The position numbers and the translations under genes were made by a program. A DNA stretch of 64,000 nt from Candidatus Pacearchaeota archaeon (GTDB lineage: Archaea; Nanobdellota; Nanobdellia; Pacearchaeales; GW2011-AR1), in contig JAGVXO010000006.1 in the NCBI GenBank assembly GCA_018303755.1, forward strand, positions 1,140 through 65,139. The letters are read 5' to 3'. Below are positions 54,531 to 63,660 of this stretch, piece by piece. Within the stretch, counting starts at the first letter, position 1. Every line of letters starts with the position of its first letter. The notes beneath the pieces are model-generated. The model saw only the letters and a list, made by a program, of their open reading frames with translations. It had not been told where the DNA came from and did not search any database.

Positions 54531-57194
54531 ATGGATGAATTAAAAAAAGTAGGCGATATGGGTTATATCCGCTGGCTTTTTGAACTGAACAAAGATTCTG
54601 GGCAGATTGCAGGAGGCAAGGGCGCTAATCTTGCAGAGATATTTAATTCGGGGCTGCCGGTTCCGCCGGCATTTGTTATTACAACAAATGCATATTATCA
54701 TTTTCTTGACTCTGCAAAATTAACTCCAAAAATAAACTCTCTTCTTAACAGCATAAACGTCGATAATACTGCTGAGCTCGAAGAAAAAGCATTAGAAATA
54801 AGAAAGATTATTTCAAGCGCAGAAATGCCAGATGATTTAAAAAATGAAATACTCGAAGCATATGAAGATTTAAGCATTGATAAAAAAACATTAAGTATGG
54901 CGAAAAGTGATGCACTTCATATACTTAAAAATCTTCATCAAAAGTCATTTGTTGCCGTGCGCTCAAGTGCAACAACAGAAGACTTAGCAGGCGCAAGTTT
55001 TGCAGGGCAGCAGGAAACATACCTTAATATTAAAGGAGATAAGGAAATTATTGAGGCTGTGAAAAAAGTTTTTGCGAGCTTGTTCACTGCAAGGGCAATA
55101 TATTACAGGAAGAAAAAAGGATTTTCAAAAGAAAAATTCGCACTCGCAGCAGTTGTGCAGAAAATGGTTGATTCTGACAAATCAGGCGTGATGTTCTCAA
55201 AAAATCCAGTTGAATCAAATAATAATATTGTAATTGAGGCGGTTTTTGGATTGGGCGAAGGCATTGTTTCTGGAAGAATAAAGCCAGACACTTATGAAGT
55301 TTCAGAAGAATTAAAAATAATAAGCAAAAAAATATCGCAGAAAAAGATTGCAATAACAAGAAATTCAAATGGCGAAAATATTGATGTTAGGCTTACAGAA
55401 GAAAGAGGCAATGAGCAGGTATTAACTGAAAGCGAGATAAAATCCCTTGCAAATCTTGCTATCAAGATTGAAGAGCATTATGGCAAACCGCAGGATATAG
55501 AATTCGCACTTGAAAAAGGGGAGATTTATATTGTTCAAACCAGGCCAATAACCACTTCTGTTAAAAAAAAGCAGGGAGAGGTGCATGGAGAGCCAATTCT
55601 GCACGGATTAGCTGCATCTCCTGGAATTGCGTCAGGAGCAGTAAAAATTGTTCATAGTATAAATGAACTTTCAAAAGTAAAAAAAGGAGACATCCTAGTT
55701 ACAAAAATGACAAATCCAGATATGGTTGTTACAATGCAAAAATCATCTGCAATTGTGACTGATGAAGGAGGATTAACTTGTCATGCCTCAATTGTATCAA
55801 GAGAAATGGGAATTCCTGCAGTTGTTGGAACAGGCAATGCAACAAATCTCCTAAAAGACGAACAAATAATCACTGTAGATGGATTCAGAGGAAAGGTTTA
55901 TTCTGGAAAAGCAGAAGCAGTTGAATCAGAAGTAAAACCAATAGTTGCTACAAAAACAAAAATAAAAGTAATGGTAGATTTACCAGAAGCTGCTGAAAGA
56001 GCTGCAAAAACTCAGGCAAAATCAATAGGACTTTTAAGATTAGAAGGAATAATTGCCTCAAATGGGAAACATCCGCATTTTTACTTAAAAAATAATATCT
56101 TGGAAGAATATTCTGAAATGCTTGCAGAAGGAATTTTAAAAATATCTGAGAAATTTAAGGAGATTTGGATAAGAACCTCAGATATAAGAAGCGACGAATA
56201 CAGCGCCCTTGAAGGTGCCCCAAAAAATATAGAGATAAATCCAATGCTTGGAATGCACGGCATAAGATTTTCTTTGAAAAATCCAAAACTGCTTGAAGCA
56301 GAGTTCCGAGCAGTAAAAAAGTGCGTACTTAAACACTCAGATAAAATTTTCGGAGTTATGATGCCTCAGATAATTTCTGCAAATGAAATTTCAGAAGCAA
56401 AAAAAATTGCGAAAAATGTTGGGCTTATTGGATTAAGCAATGTGAGAATAGGAATTATGGTTGAAACGCCTGCCGCATGCCTGATTATAAAAGATTTGCT
56501 TAAAGAAGGAATTGATTTTGTAAGTTTTGGAACAAATGATTTAACCCAATATACCCTTGCAATTGACAGGGGCAATGAAAGTGTGCAGTATTTATATAAC
56601 GAATTGCACCCTGCTGTGCTTAATGCAATTAAAAGGGTGATAAGAACATGCAAAGAAATGGAAGTTGAATCGAGTATATGCGGACAGGCAGGAAGCAACA
56701 AGGAAATGGTCAAATTTCTGGTTGAAAATGAAATCAACAGCATTTCTGTAAATGCTGACGCTGCTTTCACAATATCTTCATATGTTGCAGAGCTTGAAAA
56801 AAACGGAAATACAGAAAATAAATCTGCTGAAAATATCTATAAGAAAAATGAAAAAAACAATCAGCAAAAAAACAGATTTGATAGCCGTTATGAAAATAAA
56901 TTCAGCAGCAAACACGAAAAAAATCCTGAAAAACTTGTTGAAGAAATTGAAGAAGAAATAAGCAAAGAAATTTCAAATGCTGAATTCACAGAAGAAGCAG
57001 GATGTTCAGAACAATCTGCAGAGCCCCAGCAGTTCAGTAAAAAACTAAATGCCCCATCTTATGTTGCATCAAACACAGAATTCAAACACCACGACGACGC
57101 TTATGAAATGGCTGCTCTGAAAGCTCTTTTTGGCGAAGGAGAATCAAAAGAAATGCAAATTCCAAAATCAGAATCCAGCCTAAAAGACGACTAG
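54531..57194 (+). CDS. ppsA: phosphoenolpyruvate synthase (pyruvate, water dikinase) with low-complexity C-terminal extension
   Basis: GGKGANLAEI is present. The phospho-His loop is TDEGGLTCHASIVSREMGIPAVVG, and the PEP-utilising motif is SFGTNDLTQYTLAIDR. The last ~130 aa are N/K/E-rich. Confidence 0.9.
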   Translation: MDELKKVGDMGYIRWLFELNKDSGQIAGGKGANLAEIFNSGLPVPPAFVITTNAYYHFLDSAKLTPKINSLLNSINVDNTAELEEKALEIRKIISSAEMPDDLKNEILEAYEDLSIDKKTLSMAKSDALHILKNLHQKSFVAVRSSATTEDLAGASFAGQQETYLNIKGDKEIIEAVKKVFASLFTARAIYYRKKKGFSKEKFALAAVVQKMVDSDKSGVMFSKNPVESNNNIVIEAVFGLGEGIVSGRIKPDTYEVSEELKIISKKISQKKIAITRNSNGENIDVRLTEERGNEQVLTESEIKSLANLAIKIEEHYGKPQDIEFALEKGEIYIVQTRPITTSVKKKQGEVHGEPILHGLAASPGIASGAVKIVHSINELSKVKKGDILVTKMTNPDMVVTMQKSSAIVTDEGGLTCHASIVSREMGIPAVVGTGNATNLLKDEQIITVDGFRGKVYSGKAEAVESEVKPIVATKTKIKVMVDLPEAAERAAKTQAKSIGLLRLEGIIASNGKHPHFYLKNNILEEYSEMLAEGILKISEKFKEIWIRTSDIRSDEYSALEGAPKNIEINPMLGMHGIRFSLKNPKLLEAEFRAVKKCVLKHSDKIFGVMMPQIISANEISEAKKIAKNVGLIGLSNVRIGIMVETPAACLIIKDLLKEGIDFVSFGTNDLTQYTLAIDRGNESVQYLYNELHPAVLNAIKRVIRTCKEMEVESSICGQAGSNKEMVKFLVENEINSISVNADAAFTISSYVAELEKNGNTENKSAENIYKKNEKNNQQKNRFDSRYENKFSSKHEKNPEKLVEEIEEEISKEISNAEFTEEAGCSEQSAEPQQFSKKLNAPSYVASNTEFKHHDDAYEMAALKALFGEGESKEMQIPKSESSLKDD

Positions 57195-57224
57195 CTTGAT
57201 GAAGTGCTTGATATTTTTTAATGA

Positions 57225-57332
57225 TTAATACTCGTGAAAAATCTCCAATCTTTAGATTGGAGTTAAAATGTATAGATTTTTCCCGGTTCTCCCAAAACCC
57301 AAGCACAAATTCCACACTTTAGTGCGGGTATA
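57225..57332 (-). repeat. 108-bp repeat, copy B (intergenic, downstream of ppsA)
   Basis: It is a near-identical copy of 6741..6848. The rnp3 reading frame is retained only as a 23-codon stub behind an upstream stop. Confidence 0.9.
57237..57262 (-). terminator. same hairpin plus T-run within repeat copy B
   Basis: The sequence is identical to 6752..6778. Confidence 0.35.
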
Positions 57333-57431
57333 CTCAAATGGTTTTGTGATATTTAAAACAAATATTATACAAACTTCCTGTCTTTTAATTTCTAAGAAAA
57401 TATTTTTATACTTCAAATTGTTAAAAACATT

Positions 57432-57818
57432 ATGAACAAAAATAGGATTTTAGGAATTATCTTAATCTTAACTGGAATTATCCTTATTCTAAGCTCCCAG
57501 ACAGCCCTCTTAGGTGCAGTTGTTGGATTAAAAAAAATTTCCTCAGGCACAAGTTTGATTATTGGGATTATGTTTATTACACTTGGAATTGCATTTTTAA
57601 TTTATCAACAAAGATATCACTCTCGTTTTAAAAGTAAGGATTCATTAACAGAACATAATCAACATGCCCATTACAGCACAAGAGAACATTTCAAGCAAGT
57701 ATATGGAAGATATCCAAATAGTTTTGAAGAGAAAAAATTCAGAAGAATTCTTCATGAAAGAGGAGAGCTGTCTGATGTTGTTTTTGAAACAGGCGAAAGA
57801 AAAAGAAAAAGCGCGTGA
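57432..57818 (+). CDS. small membrane protein with basic cytoplasmic tail
   Basis: 128 aa with two hydrophobic helices followed by a charged region. Confidence 0.45.
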   Translation: MNKNRILGIILILTGIILILSSQTALLGAVVGLKKISSGTSLIIGIMFITLGIAFLIYQQRYHSRFKSKDSLTEHNQHAHYSTREHFKQVYGRYPNSFEEKKFRRILHERGELSDVVFETGERKRKSA

Positions 57819-57864
57819 ATCTCAATATACAAATTAATATAAATCATTTATTTTTGATTTATTT

Positions 57865-58242
57865 ATGGAAGTTGCAAGGCAAATAAGGTATTATGTTAAA
57901 ACAGATACTGCAGAGCAGGAAGTAATGAGGCATTTATGGATAGTATGCATTATCAACCAGCAAAAAGAAATTGAAAGAATACAAGAAAAATTATTAAAAA
58001 CTCTTGCGCCTGTTGATGAATTCACAGTGATAGTAGAGAATCTGATAAATAAATCAAGAGGTATGCATTATAAGGTATTAGGATTTAAAAGCAAAAGATG
58101 GGAAATGAGTTGCGAAGAAAGAAAAGAAACTTATGATGTGCCTCGTGGACAATTTAAGTTAGACAGAGAGCTTAGTCGCCTCGGAGAGCCAGTAGATGAA
58201 TGGTTTGAAGAAAATTATATCCCTGCAATTTTAAGAAGATAG
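57865..58242 (+). CDS. hypothetical orphan protein
   Basis: 125-aa ORF with no motif. Confidence 0.45.
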   Translation: MEVARQIRYYVKTDTAEQEVMRHLWIVCIINQQKEIERIQEKLLKTLAPVDEFTVIVENLINKSRGMHYKVLGFKSKRWEMSCEERKETYDVPRGQFKLDRELSRLGEPVDEWFEENYIPAILRR

Positions 58243-58344
58243 TTAAACCTTTCCTTTGTTACCACTACTTAATAACACATATAGAAAGATTTATAAAGAG
58301 GACGTGCATAGAAAAAGTATAATAAATTAATAATAAAAAAGAAA

Positions 58345-59175
58345 ATGGCAGTTAAAGAAGTTTTACAGGAGAATATAGACCTTGAACATAGAGTTAGTCA
58401 AGGGGCTGAAATTCTTAGTAAGACTATTGCGCCAGAATCAGAAGAAGAGCAAAAATATAATCAAGGAGCAAGAGCACTTATTGGAAGTGAGGCAGTTAAA
58501 CTAAGACCTCATCCAGGGGTTGATTTTTACCTGACTGCAGAACCGCAGTTTGTTGCAGGAGCTGCAAAATCACTTGCAAGAGATGCTCAAAAAAAAGTCG
58601 TTGATGCAGTAATTGGAGATATAAAAGGAACTCTTGAAATTCTTGCAGAAAAACAATTGCCTTCTGTTTTAACTTTAGTCGCTCCATCATCAGGTCATGA
58701 TGATACTCATAAAAAGCATAGAAAATACTTTGAAATGCAAGAAAGAATATACTCCACAAAAGGTTCAGACGAGCCAAACATTGCAGAATATCTAAAACCA
58801 TTTGATGGTACTTGCCCTAATTATGATGCTTTTATAATTAGAATTGCAACTCAAAAAGTGAAAGTAAAAGACAAAGATGGGAAAGATGTGGAAAAGATAG
58901 TTGCAACTGACTTCGGAAAACAGCTTGCTGCAGATTATGTTGAAAGCCATTTAAGGGCAGTTGTTGAAAACTTTGTAGAAGGCGAAGGCAAAGACAGAAA
59001 AATAAATTATGCAAGATTAAAAGAATATCACGCTGAAAACTTCGGAGCACTTAAATATGAAACTGACGAAGACAAAGCAAAGAAACATAGCATTGCTTAT
59101 AATTTAGCAAGAATTAGTGTAAAGCCGACAGAGCCAAAAGCGCCAGACGCAGACGAAGAAGCTGAAGTTGCTTAA
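58345..59175 (+). CDS. hypothetical orphan protein
   Basis: 276-aa ORF with an A/E/K/G-rich composition unlike the neighbouring core genes. Confidence 0.55.
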   Translation: MAVKEVLQENIDLEHRVSQGAEILSKTIAPESEEEQKYNQGARALIGSEAVKLRPHPGVDFYLTAEPQFVAGAAKSLARDAQKKVVDAVIGDIKGTLEILAEKQLPSVLTLVAPSSGHDDTHKKHRKYFEMQERIYSTKGSDEPNIAEYLKPFDGTCPNYDAFIIRIATQKVKVKDKDGKDVEKIVATDFGKQLAADYVESHLRAVVENFVEGEGKDRKINYARLKEYHAENFGALKYETDEDKAKKHSIAYNLARISVKPTEPKAPDADEEAEVA

Positions 59176-59189
59176 TAATTTAATTCAGA

Positions 59190-59340
59190 TTGGCGCTTCG
59201 CGCCCATTTATTCTTCAAATCTCTAATCTGCCTATATATTCATTATTCAAATGCTTTAATTTATTTTAAAATAAAAAAGAAAAGTAAATTGAAGAGATGT
59301 AAAATAAGACAAGGGTATGAAATCTTTAAAGAAATAATCA
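59190..59340 (+). repeat. IGR3B full copy, forward
   Basis: TGGCGCTTCGCGCCCATTTATTCTTCAAATCTCTAATC...ATTATTCAAATGCTTTAATTTATTTTAAAAT...GAAGAGATGTAAAATAAGACAAGGGTATG. Confidence 0.8.
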
Positions 59341-59375
59341 GTATATTATACACCTTTTTATTCTTGAAAATTCAA

Positions 59376-59753
59376 TTACATATGCCTCAATAAATAATCT
59401 GTAAATTCCTCAAAAAAATTACAGGTTTTTAGGAGTTCTTCACGGCTTCCAGCATAATTATCTTCCATTGCTTTTTCCAGCACTTGTCTATAATCTTTCA
59501 GAGCATTAAGCTCTCTTTCTAATCCCCCATAATATACTATTTTCTTTTCATCTATAAATCTGGAGTATCTATCAAATGCCCGTCCTCCAGGAACAAGCTC
59601 TGCTACCAAATTCAATCCATCACAAAGAGCCTGCAAATCATTCTGTGTTTTTTTTGCTTGTAAAACAACTCTTTGAAGAGCTCCTGCAACTCTGCTTGAA
59701 ATTAATGGTTCTGCCCAGATGCTTTTGGGTTTTGAAATTTGAGATGCGCTCAT
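59376..59753 (-). CDS. hypothetical orphan protein
   Basis: 125-aa ORF bracketed by two full-length repeat-family copies. Confidence 0.5.
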   Translation of the reverse strand: MSASQISKPKSIWAEPLISSRVAGALQRVVLQAKKTQNDLQALCDGLNLVAELVPGGRAFDRYSRFIDEKKIVYYGGLERELNALKDYRQVLEKAMEDNYAGSREELLKTCNFFEEFTDYLLRHM

Positions 59754-59809
59754 CTCAACTAGAATAAAAAGGATTATATAAATATTATTGGGATAATCAA
59801 TAATTATTG

Positions 59810-59973
59810 ATGCGCTTCGCGCCTTTTAATATTTTTGAAATCCTGCGCCATTTATACATTAGTTTTTTAGATATTTTATTTGATATTGGATAAAATTTAT
59901 TTAAAAAAATGAACTCCAATGAGCTCGCTTAAAATAAGGCAAAATTATGGCATGTTAGCAAAATAAATTATAT
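59810..59973 (+). repeat. IGR3B full copy, forward
   Basis: ATGCGCTTCGCGCCTTTTAATATTTTTGAAATCCTGCGCCATTTATACATTAG...CTTAAAATAAGGCAAAATTATGGCATGTTAGCAAAATAAATTATAT. Confidence 0.8.
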
Positions 59974-59990
59974 TAATTATATCCGAAAAT

Positions 59991-60818
59991 TTATTTCACC
60001 AGCTCTTTCACCAACCGTGTCATCACGCCTATAAACTCCTCTGTTCGCGCCTGCCATTTGTCAATCTCAACTCCTTTTAAATCAGTTATTTCTCTGTGGT
60101 CAATCTGCTTATGGATTGCATACAAATCCCTGAACCATATAACATAATCCATTTTCAACATCTTATTTTCAACAAATGTCTCTTTTAACATTAAAGGAAT
60201 TTCTTCAGGTGAAGGAGGTGCAACTTGGGCTGACATTAAAGCTGCTTGTGCAGAATCAACCATTGCCCAGAATAAACCTTCGATAGAGCCAAGTTCAGCC
60301 ATCTTGCTTCTCATAAAATGCGCAGGCGCACGATTAAGCGCCATATAAACTGCTTCTGGAGTTGACTTGATTCTTCCCTGAATTAATAATGACTTTAATG
60401 GATTAAAAAATCCTCCAATATCCACCATTGCCTCTCCATAGCGGAGAACATTCAAAATAGTCGGGTCTCCTTTCATTAAATCACTCCACCACGTTGTTAA
60501 TTTCACAGTATTTATGTGGAGTTCTTTTTTATAGCGGTTCGCCTCAACAATTTTTCCAAGCTCTTCTCTATACCATGCAATTAATTCCTGATCCCACTGA
60601 ACTGCCGCGTCGTCAATAATAATTATCAAGTCAATATCTGAATTTGGAGTTGCGCTGTTTTTTGCAGAAGAGCCGAATAAAACAATTGCTTTTACAATTT
60701 TATCAAACTGCCTATATACCTTGACTGAAAAATCCATTGCTATGTCTTTGTCAGATTTCAAATCAAGAACAGGAAATAGTTTTCTGTCTTTCTTTTTCTT
60801 AGAAACTTTATTCACCAT
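59991..60818 (-). CDS. Pol-beta-type nucleotidyltransferase-domain protein with helical C-terminal domain
   Basis: VLFGSSAKNSATPNSDIDLIIIIDD is present. The C-terminal region IKSTPEAVYMALNRAP...APPSPEEIPLMLKETF parallels IKPSPEAIDMFMSMGD...APPTHKETPTVFKEIF in 49877..51655. Confidence 0.7.
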   Translation of the reverse strand: MVNKVSKKKKDRKLFPVLDLKSDKDIAMDFSVKVYRQFDKIVKAIVLFGSSAKNSATPNSDIDLIIIIDDAAVQWDQELIAWYREELGKIVEANRYKKELHINTVKLTTWWSDLMKGDPTILNVLRYGEAMVDIGGFFNPLKSLLIQGRIKSTPEAVYMALNRAPAHFMRSKMAELGSIEGLFWAMVDSAQAALMSAQVAPPSPEEIPLMLKETFVENKMLKMDYVIWFRDLYAIHKQIDHREITDLKGVEIDKWQARTEEFIGVMTRLVKELVK

Positions 60819-61100
60819 CTTTTATTACTTAAATCAGGTTAATTTTGTTTTTAAAACTTCCGACAATGAAATTAGTTACCCTCTTCGAAGTGAGTGACCC
60901 AAAAAGATTTATCTTTTTTAGGCTGGAACGAACTATCTTGAAGAGGTTTGCGAGGATTCTACAATTTGTTTGAGCAAAAGTTTACAAATGTGCTGGGTGG
61001 TCAGGGGAAGAGTTTAGGTGGGAAGGGGCACTTTCGATAATTTTAATAGTATCAAGTCTAGAATGATAAAGATTAAAAATAGAATAATCTGAAAAATGAT

Positions 61101-61445
61101 ATGTATCAAAATAAAAAATCTATGAAAAAGCGTCTGGATATAGAAAGAAGATATATTGCAGAGATGGTGCAATATGCAAGGAGAGTTCAAGATTATTTAT
61201 GGGGGGATAAAAATGACAGCTGGCCTCTGGAAGAATGGAAAAGGATGTTTGAAAAGAGAATCTGCAAAATTGATGATATAGACCCCAAAAATCCACATGC
61301 AGATGTTGAACTTAAAAAAAGATTGATTCAAAATGCTGCACTCTGCATTAATTTACTTTCGATTATAGAACTCCGTGGAATTCCCGGGGATAAATATCAT
61401 ACAGCAAGCAATCTTCCACAATATACAAGAAGGAAAGCCAGATAG
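61101..61445 (+). CDS. hypothetical orphan protein
   Basis: 114-aa ORF flanked by a 13-bp GC-rich inverted repeat at 61021..61033 and 61459..61471. Confidence 0.45.
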   Translation: MYQNKKSMKKRLDIERRYIAEMVQYARRVQDYLWGDKNDSWPLEEWKRMFEKRICKIDDIDPKNPHADVELKKRLIQNAALCINLLSIIELRGIPGDKYHTASNLPQYTRRKAR

Positions 61446-61618
61446 TTCTCATTATAAGAAGTGCCCCTTCCTAGTTTTCTTATTAAATAAACGCAACAGC
61501 AGTTGCGCATTCTAGGGGAAAAGCACATTTATAAATTGTAACTAATGAAAGTTTTACGAATTTGCTATCTCAATAATTATTATAAACATTCAAATATCTC
61601 TAAAATAACAAAAAAACC

Positions 61619-62056
61619 ATGTTAAAACCTAAACAAATCTTAAGATGGGAAGATTTAGAAAACATAGCAAAAGGGGCAATTATCATTGTAACTTTCAAGC
61701 GCCCTGGAGTGTATATTGGAAAAGGCATAGGATGTATCTCTAAAGATTTAGAAGATAACCTGCTGCAATTTCATGATTATATTGAAAGAGAAAGAGATAA
61801 AATGGGTGAAAATAGAAAATTTAACCTTGATGAAAAAAGATTTAAATTAATTCGTTCAGAAGATGGAAATGTTATCAGTTTAACTTATGGGTGTAATAGA
61901 GAAGGAAAAGTCGATTGCACTCATTGGGCTTGTAAACAATATCATGAATTATCAAAGGCATTTAGAGAAGGAAAAGAATTACTGGAAAGGGCGGGACTTT
62001 GGGAGCCAAGAATATTTGGGTATCCTACATATTTGAGTATGTTTTCTGAATTTTAG
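61619..62056 (+). CDS. hypothetical orphan protein
   Basis: 145-aa ORF with no motif. Confidence 0.45.
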   Translation: MLKPKQILRWEDLENIAKGAIIIVTFKRPGVYIGKGIGCISKDLEDNLLQFHDYIERERDKMGENRKFNLDEKRFKLIRSEDGNVISLTYGCNREGKVDCTHWACKQYHELSKAFREGKELLERAGLWEPRIFGYPTYLSMFSEF

Positions 62057-62062
62057 AAAAAA

Positions 62063-62377
62063 TTAGGCAAAGGGACAAGGAGTAAGGTGCGCTCTTAACT
62101 CTTCATAATTTCTCGTTGGATCAAATTTCAGGCGTTTAAGAGTATTATATCCTCCTCTTATTTTTTCAGAATTGAATCTATTTTTTAATGGGTGACCTTC
62201 TGGCAATTTCTCAAAAAGATCAAATATATATTGAACAGAGGGAAGACCCTGCGGTGTAGTTGAAGAAGAAGCACAAATCACGTATCCTGAAGTATTTTGT
62301 TTAAAATATTCTCCTGCCGATACCAATAAGGGTAATGCGGCTTCCAAATGGTCAATTTCAGTGAGTCTTTTTATCAT
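62063..62377 (-). CDS. hypothetical orphan protein
   Basis: 104-aa ORF with no motif. Confidence 0.45.
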   Translation of the reverse strand: MIKRLTEIDHLEAALPLLVSAGEYFKQNTSGYVICASSSTTPQGLPSVQYIFDLFEKLPEGHPLKNRFNSEKIRGGYNTLKRLKFDPTRNYEELRAHLTPCPFA

Positions 62378-62465
62378 TTTTTAGAGAAAGATAATAGCAT
62401 TATAAAGATTATTCTTCTTTAGTATATAAGTGTTTAAGTATAATAAACCTTGCGTACATATTAAT

Positions 62466-63407
62466 CTATATTCTCCTAAAGTAAGATAATCTTGCTCTGT
62501 TATGCAAGATTATTCTTGTCATTACTTGAACAAATTTGCTATGGTATCTAACTTTTGTTAAATTTCCATAAACCCTCTTGAATGCAGAATGAAAACTTTC
62601 GCAATGAACTCTTAAATAATATTCCTGAAGCCATTCAATAATATCAATCATAAATTCAATATACATTTCTCTCCAAGAATCATCGCCATTCATTTTATTG
62701 ATTTTCTTTGGATAAACATAAGGCACCATTCCAAATTCAACTATCTTTCTTACTAATTCCCTATCATTAAATCCTGCATCTAATCTTAAACTTTCTCCAT
62801 CCACCTCTTCGATTAATGAATGCATTGCTTTGCATTCATCTTCACCAGAAAAATCAAAAGCCTGTATTATTTCTCTTGAATCAACAATAGAAGTAAGAAA
62901 CTCTTTTGTTGAACTTTTATTCATTCCATAATTTTGTTTTCTTGAAGTTTCTAATCCACTTCCATCGCCCATCAATATTCCATCTGAATCTTTTGTTCTA
63001 TCAAATATTTGTTTTAATATGTACGCAACTTCTGGCCTGTTATAGGCATTGCCTATAACTCTGTCATCAATTTTCTCTATAATCTTTGCGGATATTCCAA
63101 ATACTTCTATAAATCCTTGTGCGTCTCTTTCTGTTAATCCAAATGCCTCACAAATAAGAATTGCTTTGCATAAAAGTTTAGGATTTGTTAATGGCTTTCC
63201 AACTTTTCTCTTGGGATTTTGACATTTATCAACTTCCTCGTTGATAAATGCTATTGTTTCTTTAATATTATTAATCTGAGATAGATTGTACGCAACCCAA
63301 TCTATCTTCCTTGGTTCTCTATCAACATAAATCTTCTTGGATTTATCTTCTCTTCCCTCGTTGATAAATTCAACGAGCCTTCTGAATTCTTTATTAGGGT
63401 ATATCAT
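62466..63407 (-). CDS. DDE transposase (IS4/IS5 superfamily)
   Basis: GDGSG, LDAGF and the Y-x2-R-x3-E-x6-K signature in YYLRVHCESFHSAFK are present. Confidence 0.8.
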   Translation of the reverse strand: MIYPNKEFRRLVEFINEGREDKSKKIYVDREPRKIDWVAYNLSQINNIKETIAFINEEVDKCQNPKRKVGKPLTNPKLLCKAILICEAFGLTERDAQGFIEVFGISAKIIEKIDDRVIGNAYNRPEVAYILKQIFDRTKDSDGILMGDGSGLETSRKQNYGMNKSSTKEFLTSIVDSREIIQAFDFSGEDECKAMHSLIEEVDGESLRLDAGFNDRELVRKIVEFGMVPYVYPKKINKMNGDDSWREMYIEFMIDIIEWLQEYYLRVHCESFHSAFKRVYGNLTKVRYHSKFVQVMTRIILHNRARLSYFRRI

Positions 63408-63510
63408 TTTTTAATAATTGTAGTGTTCACTATACATCTGCTTTTCTATACATATTTATATATATTATACTATAGAAAAGCTTATATAATGTAGTGCTCA
63501 TATTATTAGT

Positions 63511-63660
63511 ATGTATATCCGAGCAAATAAAAGAGGCAATAGAACATATTATTATATTGTAGAATCAATTAGAAAAGGCAGCAAAGTAATACAAAGAGTT
63601 ATTCTTTATCTTGGTACAGCAGAAACAGTTCTTAAAAAGCTTAAATCAGGGGAGAATTAG
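63511..63660 (+). CDS. small ORF inside the IS (49 aa)
   Basis: MYIRANKRGNRTYYYIVESIRKGSKVIQRVILYLGTAETVLKKLKSGEN. The pattern resembles N-termini of some IS4-group transposases (from memory), so this is possibly a remnant or accessory ORF. Confidence 0.3.
   Translation: MYIRANKRGNRTYYYIVESIRKGSKVIQRVILYLGTAETVLKKLKSGEN

Noticed and set aside
57082-57315. ORF 57082..57315 (-)
   Set aside because: It runs antisense to the ppsA 3' end and through the 108-bp repeat copy B, in a different frame from the rnp3 tail. It is most likely spurious.
6741-57332. The two 108-bp direct repeats as attL/attR of a 50-kb integrated element
   Set aside because: The interval contains core genes: ribosomal proteins, aIF5B, HisRS, RNA polymerase subunits and tRNAs. 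It is therefore not an insert. The duplication is reported as a scar of unknown origin instead.
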